Below, one piece after another: positions 41,446-52,774 of a DNA stretch of 64,000 nucleotides. Each line of letters begins with the position of its first letter. The first letter of the stretch is position 1. The notes beneath the pieces are model-generated. The model saw nothing but the letters and a program-made list of their open reading frames with translations. It did not search any database and had not been told where the DNA came from. The translations under genes and the position numbers were made by a program. The DNA is from SAR324 cluster bacterium (GTDB lineage: Bacteria > SAR324 > XYD2-FULL-50-16): contig JANQGZ010000013.1 of assembly GCA_028282825.1 (NCBI GenBank), forward strand, positions 35,586 through 99,585, written 5' to 3'.

Positions 41446-42177
41446 TTACTCATGATCAAACAAATAGCCTATCGCCCGGAGGCTCTTAAAATATTGCGGT
41501 TTTTTGGGATTGTCCTCAAAGTACTTCCGAAATCGAACGATAAAATTGTCAATGGTTCGAGTCTCAGTTCTCCTGGTATAGCCCCAGCCAATCTCAAGCA
41601 ATTTAGCCCTGGATAAAGGCTTTCCCTTGTTATTGATAAACAGCTTCAGTAACTTTATCTCCTGCTCTGTCAGGTTCACTTTTCCGGACTTACAATAAGC
41701 CACTGCCTGGGCAAAATCGATACTGTTAGTTCCGAAGTTGTACTGCTCAGCGCTTGGTAAAACTTCTGATTCTTGCACCAGGCTAGAATCCTGATTCCAG
41801 GAAAAACGGGTTAACAGTCGTTCGACTCGCAATAGAAATTCATTAAGATCAAAAGGTTTCTGCAAGTAATCATCCACGCCATAATGAAAGCATTCGACTT
41901 TATCATCCGGGGAGCTCTTCGCGGAAAGCACTAAAATCGGGATTTTCTCATCTTCCAGACGAATGCTTCGCAGAACAGAGACTCCATCGATTTCCGGGAG
42001 CATGATGTCCAGTACAATCAAGTCCGGTTTCCATTCCTTCCAATCTTGCAAGGCAGTCATTCCGTCAACGGCAATCCTAACGTCATACCCTTGCATTGTA
42101 AGATTTAAACGAAGACCTTCAGCTATGTGATCATCGTCTTCCACAACCAACACTCTTTTATGTTCTTGCTTTTCCAT
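41446..42177 (-). CDS. OmpR/PhoB family response regulator
   Basis: VEDD, LDIMLP, KPF and winged HTH (TRTIDNFIVRFRKYFE, GYLF). Confidence 0.93.
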   Translation of the reverse strand: MEKQEHKRVLVVEDDDHIAEGLRLNLTMQGYDVRIAVDGMTALQDWKEWKPDLIVLDIMLPEIDGVSVLRSIRLEDEKIPILVLSAKSSPDDKVECFHYGVDDYLQKPFDLNEFLLRVERLLTRFSWNQDSSLVQESEVLPSAEQYNFGTNSIDFAQAVAYCKSGKVNLTEQEIKLLKLFINNKGKPLSRAKLLEIGWGYTRRTETRTIDNFIVRFRKYFEDNPKKPQYFKSLRAIGYLFDHE

Positions 42178-42182
42178 AGTTT

Positions 42183-43160
42183 TTAGTCAGACCGGGTACG
42201 TTGGTGCAAAATTGGATCATAAGGCAAGACTAATGTGAATTGAGATCCTTTACCCTTGCCCCTGCTTTCTACTTTCAGTTTTCCGCTATAGATTCTTGCT
42301 ATATTTTCAGCAACATACAGCCCCAAGCCACTTCCTTTTGCCGACATATCATCCGAAGTACCTACCTGGTAAAACTTCCTAAATATTTTTTTAAGTTCAG
42401 ATTTCTCGATACCGATTCCATTATCCAGGAAACGCACCTGGATATTGTTTTTTTGTCGCTGAAATATGATGTCAATTTTAGGTTTATCCGAATCATTGTA
42501 GGTGATGGCATTAGTAATAATATTCATTAAGAACATTTCATATAAAGGAAGATTGATATTAAACATGAAATCACCGTCAGTCTGGTTTTCCACAGTGATT
42601 TCACTTTTATCAAACAAATGACCGTTCTCACTTAAAAAATCTTTTGTAGCCAGTACCAGCTCTATAATCGCTTTCTCACTGGAATAAGTACTGCTTTCAA
42701 TGCGGGCTAAATTCAGGATTTGACTGACATTATCGGACAGCCGTTCGGCATCCTGAATCATAAAATCGATGTATTTAAGCTGGTCCGATCTTGGCAGTTC
42801 ATATTTGACAAAGGTCTCAAGGTATAACTTGAGTGATGTAACAGGTGTTTTTAGTTCGTGGGTAAAATTATTGATGAAATTGTTTTGCAGTCTGTAAAGC
42901 TGCATGATTTTCTGATTGTATACAAAGATCATGAATATACAGATCAAAATAAATCCCACCAGAATGGACAGTACCATGATCACAATCCAGGTCTGTGGTT
43001 CCAACGCCTGCTTTGCATCAATATTGAACCGCTTGATAACGGCCCTGAGACCTTCGCTAACCTCCAAATACCAATAAATATAAAGTACCAGCGACAGAAA
43101 AAGGGCAATGATAGATGATATCAAAGTGATAATAGGATACATCCATTTTGACTTATTCAT
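42183..43160 (-). CDS. Sensor histidine kinase with two TM helices and a short loop
   Basis: THELKTP H-box, NAITY, DNGIG, IFRKFY and GSGLGL. Confidence 0.93.
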   Translation of the reverse strand: MNKSKWMYPIITLISSIIALFLSLVLYIYWYLEVSEGLRAVIKRFNIDAKQALEPQTWIVIMVLSILVGFILICIFMIFVYNQKIMQLYRLQNNFINNFTHELKTPVTSLKLYLETFVKYELPRSDQLKYIDFMIQDAERLSDNVSQILNLARIESSTYSSEKAIIELVLATKDFLSENGHLFDKSEITVENQTDGDFMFNINLPLYEMFLMNIITNAITYNDSDKPKIDIIFQRQKNNIQVRFLDNGIGIEKSELKKIFRKFYQVGTSDDMSAKGSGLGLYVAENIARIYSGKLKVESRGKGKGSQFTLVLPYDPILHQRTRSD

Positions 43161-43306
43161 CCTCTAATTGCTCCTTCATGGCGGTTTTGATTACTTCGGG
43201 ATCGGATTCCGGCTTACGCAGCGGTTCTGAAAACATCCTACTAATATCGGAACAACTATGTGAAGACGGTTTTAAACTCGGTGACAGCCTGACTTCAATA
43301 CCAGTA

Positions 43307-43363
43307 GGCAGTCTTCTCTTGTAAAACTTTCGTCATTGAGAAGTTTTACAAGGGGAGGCTGTT
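43307..43363. repeat. Long intergenic inverted repeat
   Basis: Perfect core CTTGTAAAACTT (43318-43329) / AAGTTTTACAAG (43341-43352), extended by G-U-containing arms. Confidence 0.8.
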
Positions 43364-43412
43364 TTGGTTAGTACTATTGTCTACGAACCGGTTTGGAAAA
43401 GTTCTCGTTGTT

Positions 43413-44021
43413 TTAGGTAGGTGGCCAGGGATCATCCGATTCATGTCCCGTTTCGATCAGAGTTATCAAGTTAAAAAGAATACGAGCTGTCAGCCCCCAT
43501 ATCACATCGTTTCTATATTCATATAAGTAACTCGGCACCTCAAACCCTTTCCAGTTGTATGTTCCGACTGAAAACGAGTGATTTGATCTCAGGAATGAAA
43601 ATGGAATGACCAGAAGTCTTTCCACTTCGGTTTCGCTGGGGCTGAAATTAGCGGGGTAAGGCAAAAGCCCTACAAATGGGGTGACCCAAAAGCTGGAAAC
43701 CGTTGTAAATTGGGGTTTCAGTCTGCCCCACAATTCTATGGATTCCCTGTTAACACCAAATTCCTCTTCCGTCTCTCTCAAAGCCACACTTGAATCATCA
43801 TTATCCCGTTCATCTCTGGAACCACCGGGGAAAGATATCTGACCACCATGAGGTCCCTGGTCATCCGGTCTTTTCATAAAAACCAGGTGTAGTCCTGTTG
43901 GCTGCAAATAAAATGGAATCAAGACAGAAGCTTGCTTAAAACTGGAAGGAGCTGTCTCAATTTTTGGTCTATATTGGCTCAGCTTTGTTTTTATGTCATT
44001 GGCCAGGGAGTCCGCCATCAC
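43413..44021 (-). CDS. Nudix CoA pyrophosphatase (NudL-like)
   Basis: ASVLIP, HGGQISFPGG, ALRETEEEFG and IWGLTA motifs. Confidence 0.92.
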   Translation of the reverse strand: MMADSLANDIKTKLSQYRPKIETAPSSFKQASVLIPFYLQPTGLHLVFMKRPDDQGPHGGQISFPGGSRDERDNDDSSVALRETEEEFGVNRESIELWGRLKPQFTTVSSFWVTPFVGLLPYPANFSPSETEVERLLVIPFSFLRSNHSFSVGTYNWKGFEVPSYLYEYRNDVIWGLTARILFNLITLIETGHESDDPWPPT

Positions 44022-44683
44022 TATTTAAGATAAGAGTTAATGAAATCTATAATTGGTTTTTTCCCTTCAATAATACCGTAATGCCCTTCGCATAAAACAT
44101 CCGGTTCCAGTGTAATCAGCTTTTTTAAGGACTTTCTATAGTCACTTTCATCAGATTTTAAGCTGGGATGTAACGGACCGTGAACATCTTGACCAAAAAT
44201 GATGGTTTTTCCATCTGACTCCATCATATAGACTACGGACCCGGGTGAGTGTCCCGGGATATGGATGGCTGATATTTCACGTCCACCGACAAATATCGAT
44301 TCTTTGGATTTCTTCAATTTTCGATCGATTTTTACGGGAGAAATGGTTGAATCATACCATGTTGCTGCGGTTACGATATTATCACCTTCTTCCAGATAGA
44401 TCGCATCCAGTTCATGAGCAACGGTTTTGCATCCAAGTTTTTCTTTAAGTGATTTTGCACCGCCAGTATGATCATAATGGCAATGCGTTATCAATAACAG
44501 GTTGATTTGCCTGGGGTTAATTCCCAATGACTCGATATTCGCTAAAAGGCTCTTTTCTTCGTGTCCACAGCCGCAGTCGACCATCAGTGACTGGCCATTT
44601 ATCGTAACAAGAAAAGTTGCTGCATCTTGTGCCGAAGTAAATCCCTCACCTCCGACTTGATAAACTTCACTGGTAATTTCCAT
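44021..44683 (-). CDS. Metallo-beta-lactamase fold hydrolase
   Basis: THCHYDHTGG, PGHSPGS, GQD and EGH motifs. Confidence 0.9.
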   Translation of the reverse strand: MEITSEVYQVGGEGFTSAQDAATFLVTINGQSLMVDCGCGHEEKSLLANIESLGINPRQINLLLITHCHYDHTGGAKSLKEKLGCKTVAHELDAIYLEEGDNIVTAATWYDSTISPVKIDRKLKKSKESIFVGGREISAIHIPGHSPGSVVYMMESDGKTIIFGQDVHGPLHPSLKSDESDYRKSLKKLITLEPDVLCEGHYGIIEGKKPIIDFINSYLK

Positions 44684-45055
44684 GAAATATAAACTTAAAG
44701 GTTACGTCCTTGTAATTAGAGTTGTTTCAAAATCTTATTTTTTATTGTACATAAATAATAATGCCAGTCTTTAAATCCATCAATCAAGCGAGACCTTACA
44801 GACTTGTTCGGATTTGGCACAGCAAACCATTCTTGCTCAATCACTCACGTTTAAAGGAACCAATATTAAACGGTAACCGCTTAGCTGTTGATCTATTTGG
44901 CACTAACCCTCATTTCCATTGATTGTTCTTTTGATAACGCTTTCAAAAAACTATAATACGATTATGAGCTACTCGAAAAGCTTATTCATAAAAATGCCGA
45001 ATGATTTTCTTTTCCTGAGTCATCTTCTTCCCCAAAAATTACAATTCAAATTGTT

Positions 45056-45934
45056 ATGACACAAAGATCATCTATCCTTTGCCCGGATTGCAATAAACTC
45101 ATAAGCAACTATATTGATGAATGCCCGCATTGTGGATTGAAGTCACCGGGTCAAAAAAGCAAAATTTACAAACTTTTCGGAGCCAATCAGCGCAGTTTTG
45201 TGAAGATTATCATAACCGTCAATGTGATATTTTTTGTTGCTTCTTTTTTAGTGCCGTTGATTTTTCCTATAGGTGGTCCTCTGACAGGGAGATCATTGGG
45301 AATATTACCGGCACCAAGAAGCCAGGCTCTTGCTTTATTGGGCTGGGCTGACCTTCGAATGCTTGCAAGAGGAGATTGGTGGGTTTTAGTTACAGCCATG
45401 TTTTTGCATGGTGGCATTTTGCACATTATGTTTAATATGCTGTGGGTTCGAGATCTTGGTCCTCAAGCAGAAGTAATGTTTAGCCCTCACAAAATGTTAA
45501 TCATTTATGTACTTTCAGGAATCGGAGGCAATGTAGCAGCAGTCTATACCCCCGTTGTTGCAAATTCTGTCTTATCCCTTTCTATGGGTAACTACCCGGT
45601 TGTTGGCGCATCAGGGGCAGTTTTTGGCTTAATTGGAGCAATCATAGCGTTTGGAAAAAAACGAGGTGGATTCTGGGGACGTCAAATCGTCCGGCAACTT
45701 GGCATGTGGGCAGCTATTTTAATCGCCATGGGATTTATCTTTCCGGGTATAAGCAACGCCGGTCACATTGGAGGCTTTGTTTCGGGCTACCTGGTTGGCC
45801 GGGTAATGCCTTTGCGCAGTACTCCTTCGGCAAACAAAATTTACATCGTGCTTGGTACCGGTATGTTGGTTTTATGTGGGTATTCGTTTTTTCAAATGAT
45901 ATTGCGACTTATATACGTTCATTCCCAATTGTAG
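45056..45934 (+). CDS. Rhomboid intramembrane serine protease with N-terminal Zn ribbon
   Basis: CPDC..CPHC, FLHGGILHIMFNM, GASG (Ser) and AGHIGG (His). Confidence 0.92.
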   Translation: MTQRSSILCPDCNKLISNYIDECPHCGLKSPGQKSKIYKLFGANQRSFVKIIITVNVIFFVASFLVPLIFPIGGPLTGRSLGILPAPRSQALALLGWADLRMLARGDWWVLVTAMFLHGGILHIMFNMLWVRDLGPQAEVMFSPHKMLIIYVLSGIGGNVAAVYTPVVANSVLSLSMGNYPVVGASGAVFGLIGAIIAFGKKRGGFWGRQIVRQLGMWAAILIAMGFIFPGISNAGHIGGFVSGYLVGRVMPLRSTPSANKIYIVLGTGMLVLCGYSFFQMILRLIYVHSQL

Positions 45935-46163
45935 GACGATGATGCATGTTTTGATGAAAGAAAACCCGCCGTTATCTTAAATTCTTAATTAAGAATTCAG
46001 CTAAATGCAGCATGACAATAGGCCATAATCCGGGAATACAATCTGAGAATCTGTTTTGAATGGATTTAGGGAAATTAAGTGAGGAGTCAAAGACTCGGTT
46101 AACTTTTTCGATCTGAATAAGTTAACCGGCAAGAATCTAAATGAAAAAGAGGCCAACCAAGCA

Positions 46164-46210
46164 TTTTAAGGTCTTAATCAGAAGATCTCTCAAGAGTAAA
46201 GACCTTAAAA
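46164..46210. terminator. Stem-loop immediately downstream of gap, between convergent genes
   Basis: TTTTAAGGTCTT pairs with AAGACCTTAAAA (12-bp perfect stem). Confidence 0.55.
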
Positions 46211-46218
46211 AGTTGTTA

Positions 46219-47262
<1,044 letters not shown>

Positions 47263-47682
47263 TTATTGGTGCAACTTAGTAAATTAGTACTTTCATCCAT
47301 CTATAATGCTCTTTTCTCTTTTGATTGGTGACATCTACAAGCGTACCATGTCTGCAATAAAAGGCAATAATTACATAGTCTTTTACAAGTTTGAGCCCAA
47401 AAAAAGTGAGGTCCGGCCTCTTCACATTTTCTTCACAAACTTATCTGATTTCACAGGACAAAAAATTCAAATCAGAGAATAGTGACCTGAATAAAATCTC
47501 TCTATGGTCAGTCTCATTGATTTGCAGTAAACTACACATAAATCCAATATCACTTCACAAACCTTTGGAAATAAGCGTCAATACATTGTTGGCATATTAC
47601 TTGATTTTATATGCTATCAATCCTTAAATGGTTTCCAATTGGAAAGCCAATAACAAATTAGCTGTTAGATTCAAGAGTTATT

Positions 47683-49065
47683 ATGGAACCGGAAGTTGTC
47701 GAGCAGGGTCAATCTGTCAATGATGCGACCATTAACAGAGAACAAGAGGAAAGCACCTCGAACGAAAGAGTTGTCCCGAAAGATTTTGCCCAAAGGCTGG
47801 CGGCAAAAATTGCTTCCATCAATGAAAGGGAATTGGATGAAGAAGTAGCATCCAGCCAGGTAGCATCAATAATCTATCGAAATATGAATTCAGCGGAAAT
47901 GTTCCCCTATTTCATTGAAACGATAGAGGCTTTACTACGCAACGAAGACAACCAAAGATTTGCGGCAACAACCTGGACGGCTGTTTTATGGCATGAAGAC
48001 GAACACCCCGAATATCGCCAATTCCTTGAAAAAATTCTGGATTTCGTAATCTCGGGTCATTCAAAAGCAGACAGACCGCCCTACGAAAGTGATGATATCG
48101 AAGGTGAATTCTCTGCTTATGCTTATTATCTTGGAGAGTCCTTTATTCAGATGATGAAGCTGAATAGTGATCTCTACAATGTCTTAACGGATATCTACAG
48201 CTACGTTATCCGCACTGAGATGCATCGGGATTTAAAAAGGAAAAAAGACGAAGCGGATAAAAAAAGAGTCATTACCGGCAGAAAAAGAGATCGCGATGGA
48301 GATATTGTCAATCCCAAGAAGCTTTACGATGATATTGTGGATTACATTTCCCAGCGAGGTACCTTCCGCTCTGATACCCTCAACCAGAAGAACCCCAACG
48401 AGTACATTATTATCCTGGCAGACCGTATGCGAAGTACACGACGCTACGTGATTCAGGACATCATGAACCGGTTCGCACTTGAGAAAAAGAAACAACTTGA
48501 AAAAGAACTCAGGGAAAGGGAAGCAAGTGCTGAAGAAGTAATTACTGCCGTCACTCCTTTCAAACACGGCCTGTATTTGTTTTGGCTGGAAAAGAGATAT
48601 AATTTCAAATATCTGGCAGTAGAAAAAGTAAGAATTACATTACAAATTTTTGCCATATTCCTGGGATTAGGGGCCGTGGGTGTTGGATTTCTGGAGCTGG
48701 CTCCTGTGAGTCTGATTGAAGGTCTTTTGATTGGAGCAATGATGACAGGATATGCAAAGATGTTCTGCTCTCGTTACGTCTTTAATGCGTTTTATCCCAA
48801 AGATGTAACTGTTGAACTGGAAAAAGACGTGGGCGCATTCACCCCGGTCTTTCGAAAGATGTCGCTGCAGCAAATGAACTCTTTTATGCTGAAACAGATC
48901 AAAGAGCCTGACAATGGCTTACTGCTGCACCTGTTACCGGAGTATGTCCGCTATATTTTTGCTGTAATGCCGGACCGCACTGAAATTCTGATGACCAAGG
49001 AAAACATTAATGAATTGATGGAACGGGTTGAAGTAAATCTCAGCAAATTTCAGAGAGGACGTTAG
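47683..49065 (+). CDS. Hypothetical protein, helical, with a two-TM hairpin in the C-terminal third
   Basis: 460-aa ORF with hydrophobic IFAIFLGLGAVGVGFL and LIEGLLIGAMM segments; no recognisable motif. Confidence 0.7.
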   Translation: MEPEVVEQGQSVNDATINREQEESTSNERVVPKDFAQRLAAKIASINERELDEEVASSQVASIIYRNMNSAEMFPYFIETIEALLRNEDNQRFAATTWTAVLWHEDEHPEYRQFLEKILDFVISGHSKADRPPYESDDIEGEFSAYAYYLGESFIQMMKLNSDLYNVLTDIYSYVIRTEMHRDLKRKKDEADKKRVITGRKRDRDGDIVNPKKLYDDIVDYISQRGTFRSDTLNQKNPNEYIIILADRMRSTRRYVIQDIMNRFALEKKKQLEKELREREASAEEVITAVTPFKHGLYLFWLEKRYNFKYLAVEKVRITLQIFAIFLGLGAVGVGFLELAPVSLIEGLLIGAMMTGYAKMFCSRYVFNAFYPKDVTVELEKDVGAFTPVFRKMSLQQMNSFMLKQIKEPDNGLLLHLLPEYVRYIFAVMPDRTEILMTKENINELMERVEVNLSKFQRGR

Positions 49066-49071
49066 ATACGA

Positions 49072-49935
49072 TCAACCGGAAAATTCATTATAAGGGTGGC
49101 GATGATCCGGACCCTTCATTTCTATAAAATCACACATCCCTTTTAAACGAGAATATATTCTGGAATAGACTCGTTGTTCAAGCGTCTCCTTTTTTTGTTT
49201 TTCTTTAGCTCCCTCTTTATCTGTTCTTACAAAGACAGGTTCCACATAGGTTGTGCTCTTTTTTTCTGTGTAGTTTGTTGTAAAAATTGTGGTTTTCCGC
49301 ATATTGTATCGATTGGAGATAATCGAATCCAGAATGGCTATTTCCCAATCGCTTTTTCGACCTTTTCCCAACTCATCAACAACAAGAATTTCAGCATTAT
49401 TGATTTTCTCCAGTAAACCGGATTCGGACAGACCCTTGTCATACCCTGTTTTAATTTCACTGAGCAAACTGGAAAACTCCCTGAAAATCCCGGGAATCCC
49501 GTGATTCAACGTGAAATCTCTTAAAATGGTACTCACCAATCTTGTTTTGCCAACACCGACTCCTCCCATAAAAAGAAGTCCTTTGCGATTGCCATTTTTA
49601 TAATTCCTGAAGAAGAAAGATGCTGTTCGCAGAGCCTCTTCCAATGAGGGATCACCAGAAACATCGAAATTTTTAAAGGTAGCATCAAAAAACTGACCGG
49701 GAATTTGCGCATTGTTAAAAAGCGTAATCCGTTGATCCAGATTTTTACATTCACAGGGAATAGCTTGTTCCCTTTCCTGTTCGTCATATTGAAAAAGAAA
49801 GCCGGTACCGTCACAGGTTTTACATTCGCCAAAACAACTCGGACAATATTCCGCCCAGGCATACTGGCCTTTTGCGACTACCTGAATCTTTGTATCTTCA
49901 CAATTTCTACACTTTCTTTTTACCTGACTACCCAT
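49072..49935 (-). CDS. DnaC/DnaI/IstB-like AAA+ ATPase with N-terminal Cys-rich Zn fingers
   Basis: CRNC, CPSC, CKTC and CEC; Walker A GGVGVGKT, Walker B VVDELG, IISNRYN, TTN and RIYSRL. Confidence 0.85.
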   Translation of the reverse strand: MGSQVKRKCRNCEDTKIQVVAKGQYAWAEYCPSCFGECKTCDGTGFLFQYDEQEREQAIPCECKNLDQRITLFNNAQIPGQFFDATFKNFDVSGDPSLEEALRTASFFFRNYKNGNRKGLLFMGGVGVGKTRLVSTILRDFTLNHGIPGIFREFSSLLSEIKTGYDKGLSESGLLEKINNAEILVVDELGKGRKSDWEIAILDSIISNRYNMRKTTIFTTNYTEKKSTTYVEPVFVRTDKEGAKEKQKKETLEQRVYSRIYSRLKGMCDFIEMKGPDHRHPYNEFSG

Positions 49936-50214
49936 TAAATACTCCTTGAAGCAAATGACATATTTCTAAAAAGGCTCATACCGAATCCACTAAGATCAGC
50001 CGCCGTTTCAGATCTCTTTCCACTGAGATAACGGGTTGTCTTTTAATACGTTAAACGTTAGCATCATTGGATATGAATCGGCCTGGAATCGGTTCATTCC
50101 TGCCTTTGAATGGTAACAGTGTAGTGCCAACACCCGGACTTGTAAAACCCTTTTATCGGCAAGGCTGGTAATGAACCATTGCAGTATTCCGCAAACAGAA
50201 TTCAATCCGAGATT

Positions 50215-50655
50215 ATGAAAAAAAAGATTATTATCGGCTCTGATCATGGAGGGTATGATTTAAAAGAGATTTTGATCAAACACCTTGAGGAAGCTTCTTA
50301 CGAAGTTGAAGATGCAGGCTGCTTCAACGGGGAATCCGTTCACTACCCGGAAATAGCAAAAGTGGTTGCATCACAAATTTCCGGCGGGAGTTTTCAACAA
50401 GGAATCCTGGTTTGTGGAACCGGAATTGGTATGTCCATAGCTGCAAATCGATTTAACGGTGTCAGAGCCACATTATGTCACGACCACTTTACCGCCAGAA
50501 TGTCTCGCGAACATAATAACTCTAATATATTGGTTTTAGGGGGAAGAGTGACAGGTGACGAGGTTGCCCGAGATATTCTTGAAGTATGGCTCAATACCGA
50601 TTTTCAGGGCGGACGCCACAGTACCAGAATCGGAATGTTTGACGAGTTAACCTGA
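50215..50655 (+). CDS. rpiB: Ribose-5-phosphate isomerase B
   Basis: GSDHGG, CGTGIGMSIAAN, REHNNSN and GGRH. Start moved to ATG 50215. Confidence 0.95.
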   Translation: MKKKIIIGSDHGGYDLKEILIKHLEEASYEVEDAGCFNGESVHYPEIAKVVASQISGGSFQQGILVCGTGIGMSIAANRFNGVRATLCHDHFTARMSREHNNSNILVLGGRVTGDEVARDILEVWLNTDFQGGRHSTRIGMFDELT

Positions 50656-50706
50656 TATTGAGGATTTTCTTTCACGAATTTTATAACTCCTTTTCAGCAT
50701 AAAACC

Positions 50707-51951
50707 ATGAAAGACTTAAAAGCGTTCGACCAAGAATTGTATCAAGCCATTGAAAATGAGCAGAAAAGGCAAGTAGAAAAACTTGAACTGATTGCTTCGG
50801 AAAACGTAGTATCCCCAAGAGTTCTGGAGGCCACAGGGTCAGTTATGACCAACAAATATGCAGAGGGATATCCCGCAAAAAGGTATTATGGTGGCTGCGA
50901 ATTTGTTGATAATTCGGAAAACCTGGCCATTGAAAGAGCAAATGCCATCTTTGGCTCTGACCATGCCAACGTGCAGCCTCATTCAGGCTCACAGGCAAAT
51001 ATGGCAGTTTACATGGCTGAACTCAAACCGGGCGATACCGTGTTGGGAATGGATTTGTCCCATGGAGGCCATCTCACCCACGGTTCCCCTGTAAACTTTT
51101 CCGGCATTTTGTATCAGATAGTACATTACGGTGTAAGAGAGGATAATCAACACATCGATTACGACCAGGTTAAGGATCTGGCCAAGGAGCACAAGCCAAA
51201 AATGATCGTTGTTGGGGCAAGCGCTTACCCAAGAGCAATTGATTTCAAACTGTTCAGAGAAATAGCAGATTCAGTTGGTGCTGTTGTCATGGTCGATATG
51301 GCGCATATTGCCGGATTGATTGCTGCCGGTGTCCATGACAACCCCGTTCCTCATGCACAGTATGTGACCACTACAACCCACAAAACCCTGCGGGGTCCCA
51401 GGGGAGGTATGATCCTTTGTCAGGAAGACTACACGAAGAAGTTGAATTCCAAAATTTTCCCGGGAATTCAGGGAGGTCCGCTTTGCCACGTGATTGCGGC
51501 AAAGGCCGTGGCACTTAAGGAAGCACAAAGCCCTGAATTTAAGGAATATGCAAAGCAGGTTATTAAGAACGCACAGGCCTTGGCCAATGCATTAATTGCA
51601 AAAGGATATCATCTAACTAGCGGTGGAACGGATAATCACATGATGTTGGTTGATCTGACCAACAAAGATATCACCGGTAAAGAAGCTCAATTCGCCCTCG
51701 ATAAAGCCAATATCACCACAAACAGAAATACTGTACCATTTGAAACCAGAAGTCCTTTTGTTACCAGCGGTATCCGCTTAGGAACCCCTGCCCTGACATC
51801 CAGAGGATTGAAAGAAAAAGATATTGAAACAATAGCCGATTTTATCGATCAGGTTCTGGTTAATATATCTGATGAGGAAAAAGTCCTTAAAATCGGTGAA
51901 ACGGTAAAAGAGTTTTCCTGCTCCTTTCCGGAATTTGAGGATACCTTTTAG
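50707..51951 (+). CDS. glyA: Serine hydroxymethyltransferase
   Basis: [21 protein letters not shown] and [13 protein letters not shown]. Confidence 0.98.
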   Translation: MKDLKAFDQELYQAIENEQKRQVEKLELIASENVVSPRVLEATGSVMTNKYAEGYPAKRYYGGCEFVDNSENLAIERANAIFGSDHANVQPHSGSQANMAVYMAELKPGDTVLGMDLSHGGHLTHGSPVNFSGILYQIVHYGVREDNQHIDYDQVKDLAKEHKPKMIVVGASAYPRAIDFKLFREIADSVGAVVMVDMAHIAGLIAAGVHDNPVPHAQYVTTTTHKTLRGPRGGMILCQEDYTKKLNSKIFPGIQGGPLCHVIAAKAVALKEAQSPEFKEYAKQVIKNAQALANALIAKGYHLTSGGTDNHMMLVDLTNKDITGKEAQFALDKANITTNRNTVPFETRSPFVTSGIRLGTPALTSRGLKEKDIETIADFIDQVLVNISDEEKVLKIGETVKEFSCSFPEFEDTF

Positions 51952-51981
51952 TCAAATGTTTAGACTCAGCCGGGAAACAAT

Positions 51982-52764
51982 ATGCAGGAAGGCGAACAGA
52001 GAGAAAAATACAGAGAAACAATCAGACAGGTGATCCTGCAGGCAGGTGCCCTGGCCAAAGATTACTTCAGAAAATCATCCGGATTGACCTTCAACAAAAA
52101 AAGTCCGAAAGACTTGGTAACGGAGGCCGATATTCATGTTGAGAGATTTATCCGGGGGCAGTTAACCGGGAAATTCCCGGGGCTGGGATTTTGGGGCGAA
52201 GAAACAGGCAAAAGCGAAGAATTGGAGAACTGCTGGATCGTTGATCCAATTGATGGAACCCATTCTTTTTTCAGGGGCCAGTATTTTTGGAGCATCAGCA
52301 TTGCTTTGAAACTGAAAGGGGAGTTGCAGTTGGGAGCTGTATACGCTCCAGCCCTCGATGATTTATACTTGGGTGAAACGGATAAAGGATCCACTAGAAA
52401 CGGGCATCCTATTTCATGCTCTCAAACAAATGCTTTGAATGAGGCCATGGTCTGCACTGGCTTTGCCTGCCTGCGATCAGATCTTGAAGATAACAACCTG
52501 GGCAGATTTACCAGGGTTGCTTTAAAAACAAGGGACCAGAGAAGATGTGGCTCTGCAGCCCTTGAAATGTGTATGGTGGGAGAGGGACAACTGGATGCTT
52601 TTTGGGAACAACACTTAAACCTTTACGACGTAGCAGCTGGTGCAGTTATAGCGCAAGAAGCCGGTGCCGTAGTCAGCGATTTCAGTGGGAAAAAGGGATT
52701 AAATCCGGAGGAAGTACTTGTATCCACTCCTGCACTGCATCAGGACATGGTCGATTTAATGTAG
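51982..52764 (+). CDS. Inositol monophosphatase family protein (SuhB-like)
   Basis: DLVTEAD, GEE, WIVDPIDGT, GSAAL and YDVAAG. Confidence 0.92.
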   Translation: MQEGEQREKYRETIRQVILQAGALAKDYFRKSSGLTFNKKSPKDLVTEADIHVERFIRGQLTGKFPGLGFWGEETGKSEELENCWIVDPIDGTHSFFRGQYFWSISIALKLKGELQLGAVYAPALDDLYLGETDKGSTRNGHPISCSQTNALNEAMVCTGFACLRSDLEDNNLGRFTRVALKTRDQRRCGSAALEMCMVGEGQLDAFWEQHLNLYDVAAGAVIAQEAGAVVSDFSGKKGLNPEEVLVSTPALHQDMVDLM

Positions 52765-52774
52765 TGGTTTGTGT

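Noticed and set aside
49072-49935. IS21 element (istB)
   Set aside because: No istA transposase or terminal inverted repeats; the N-terminal Zn fingers fit a loader-type protein better.
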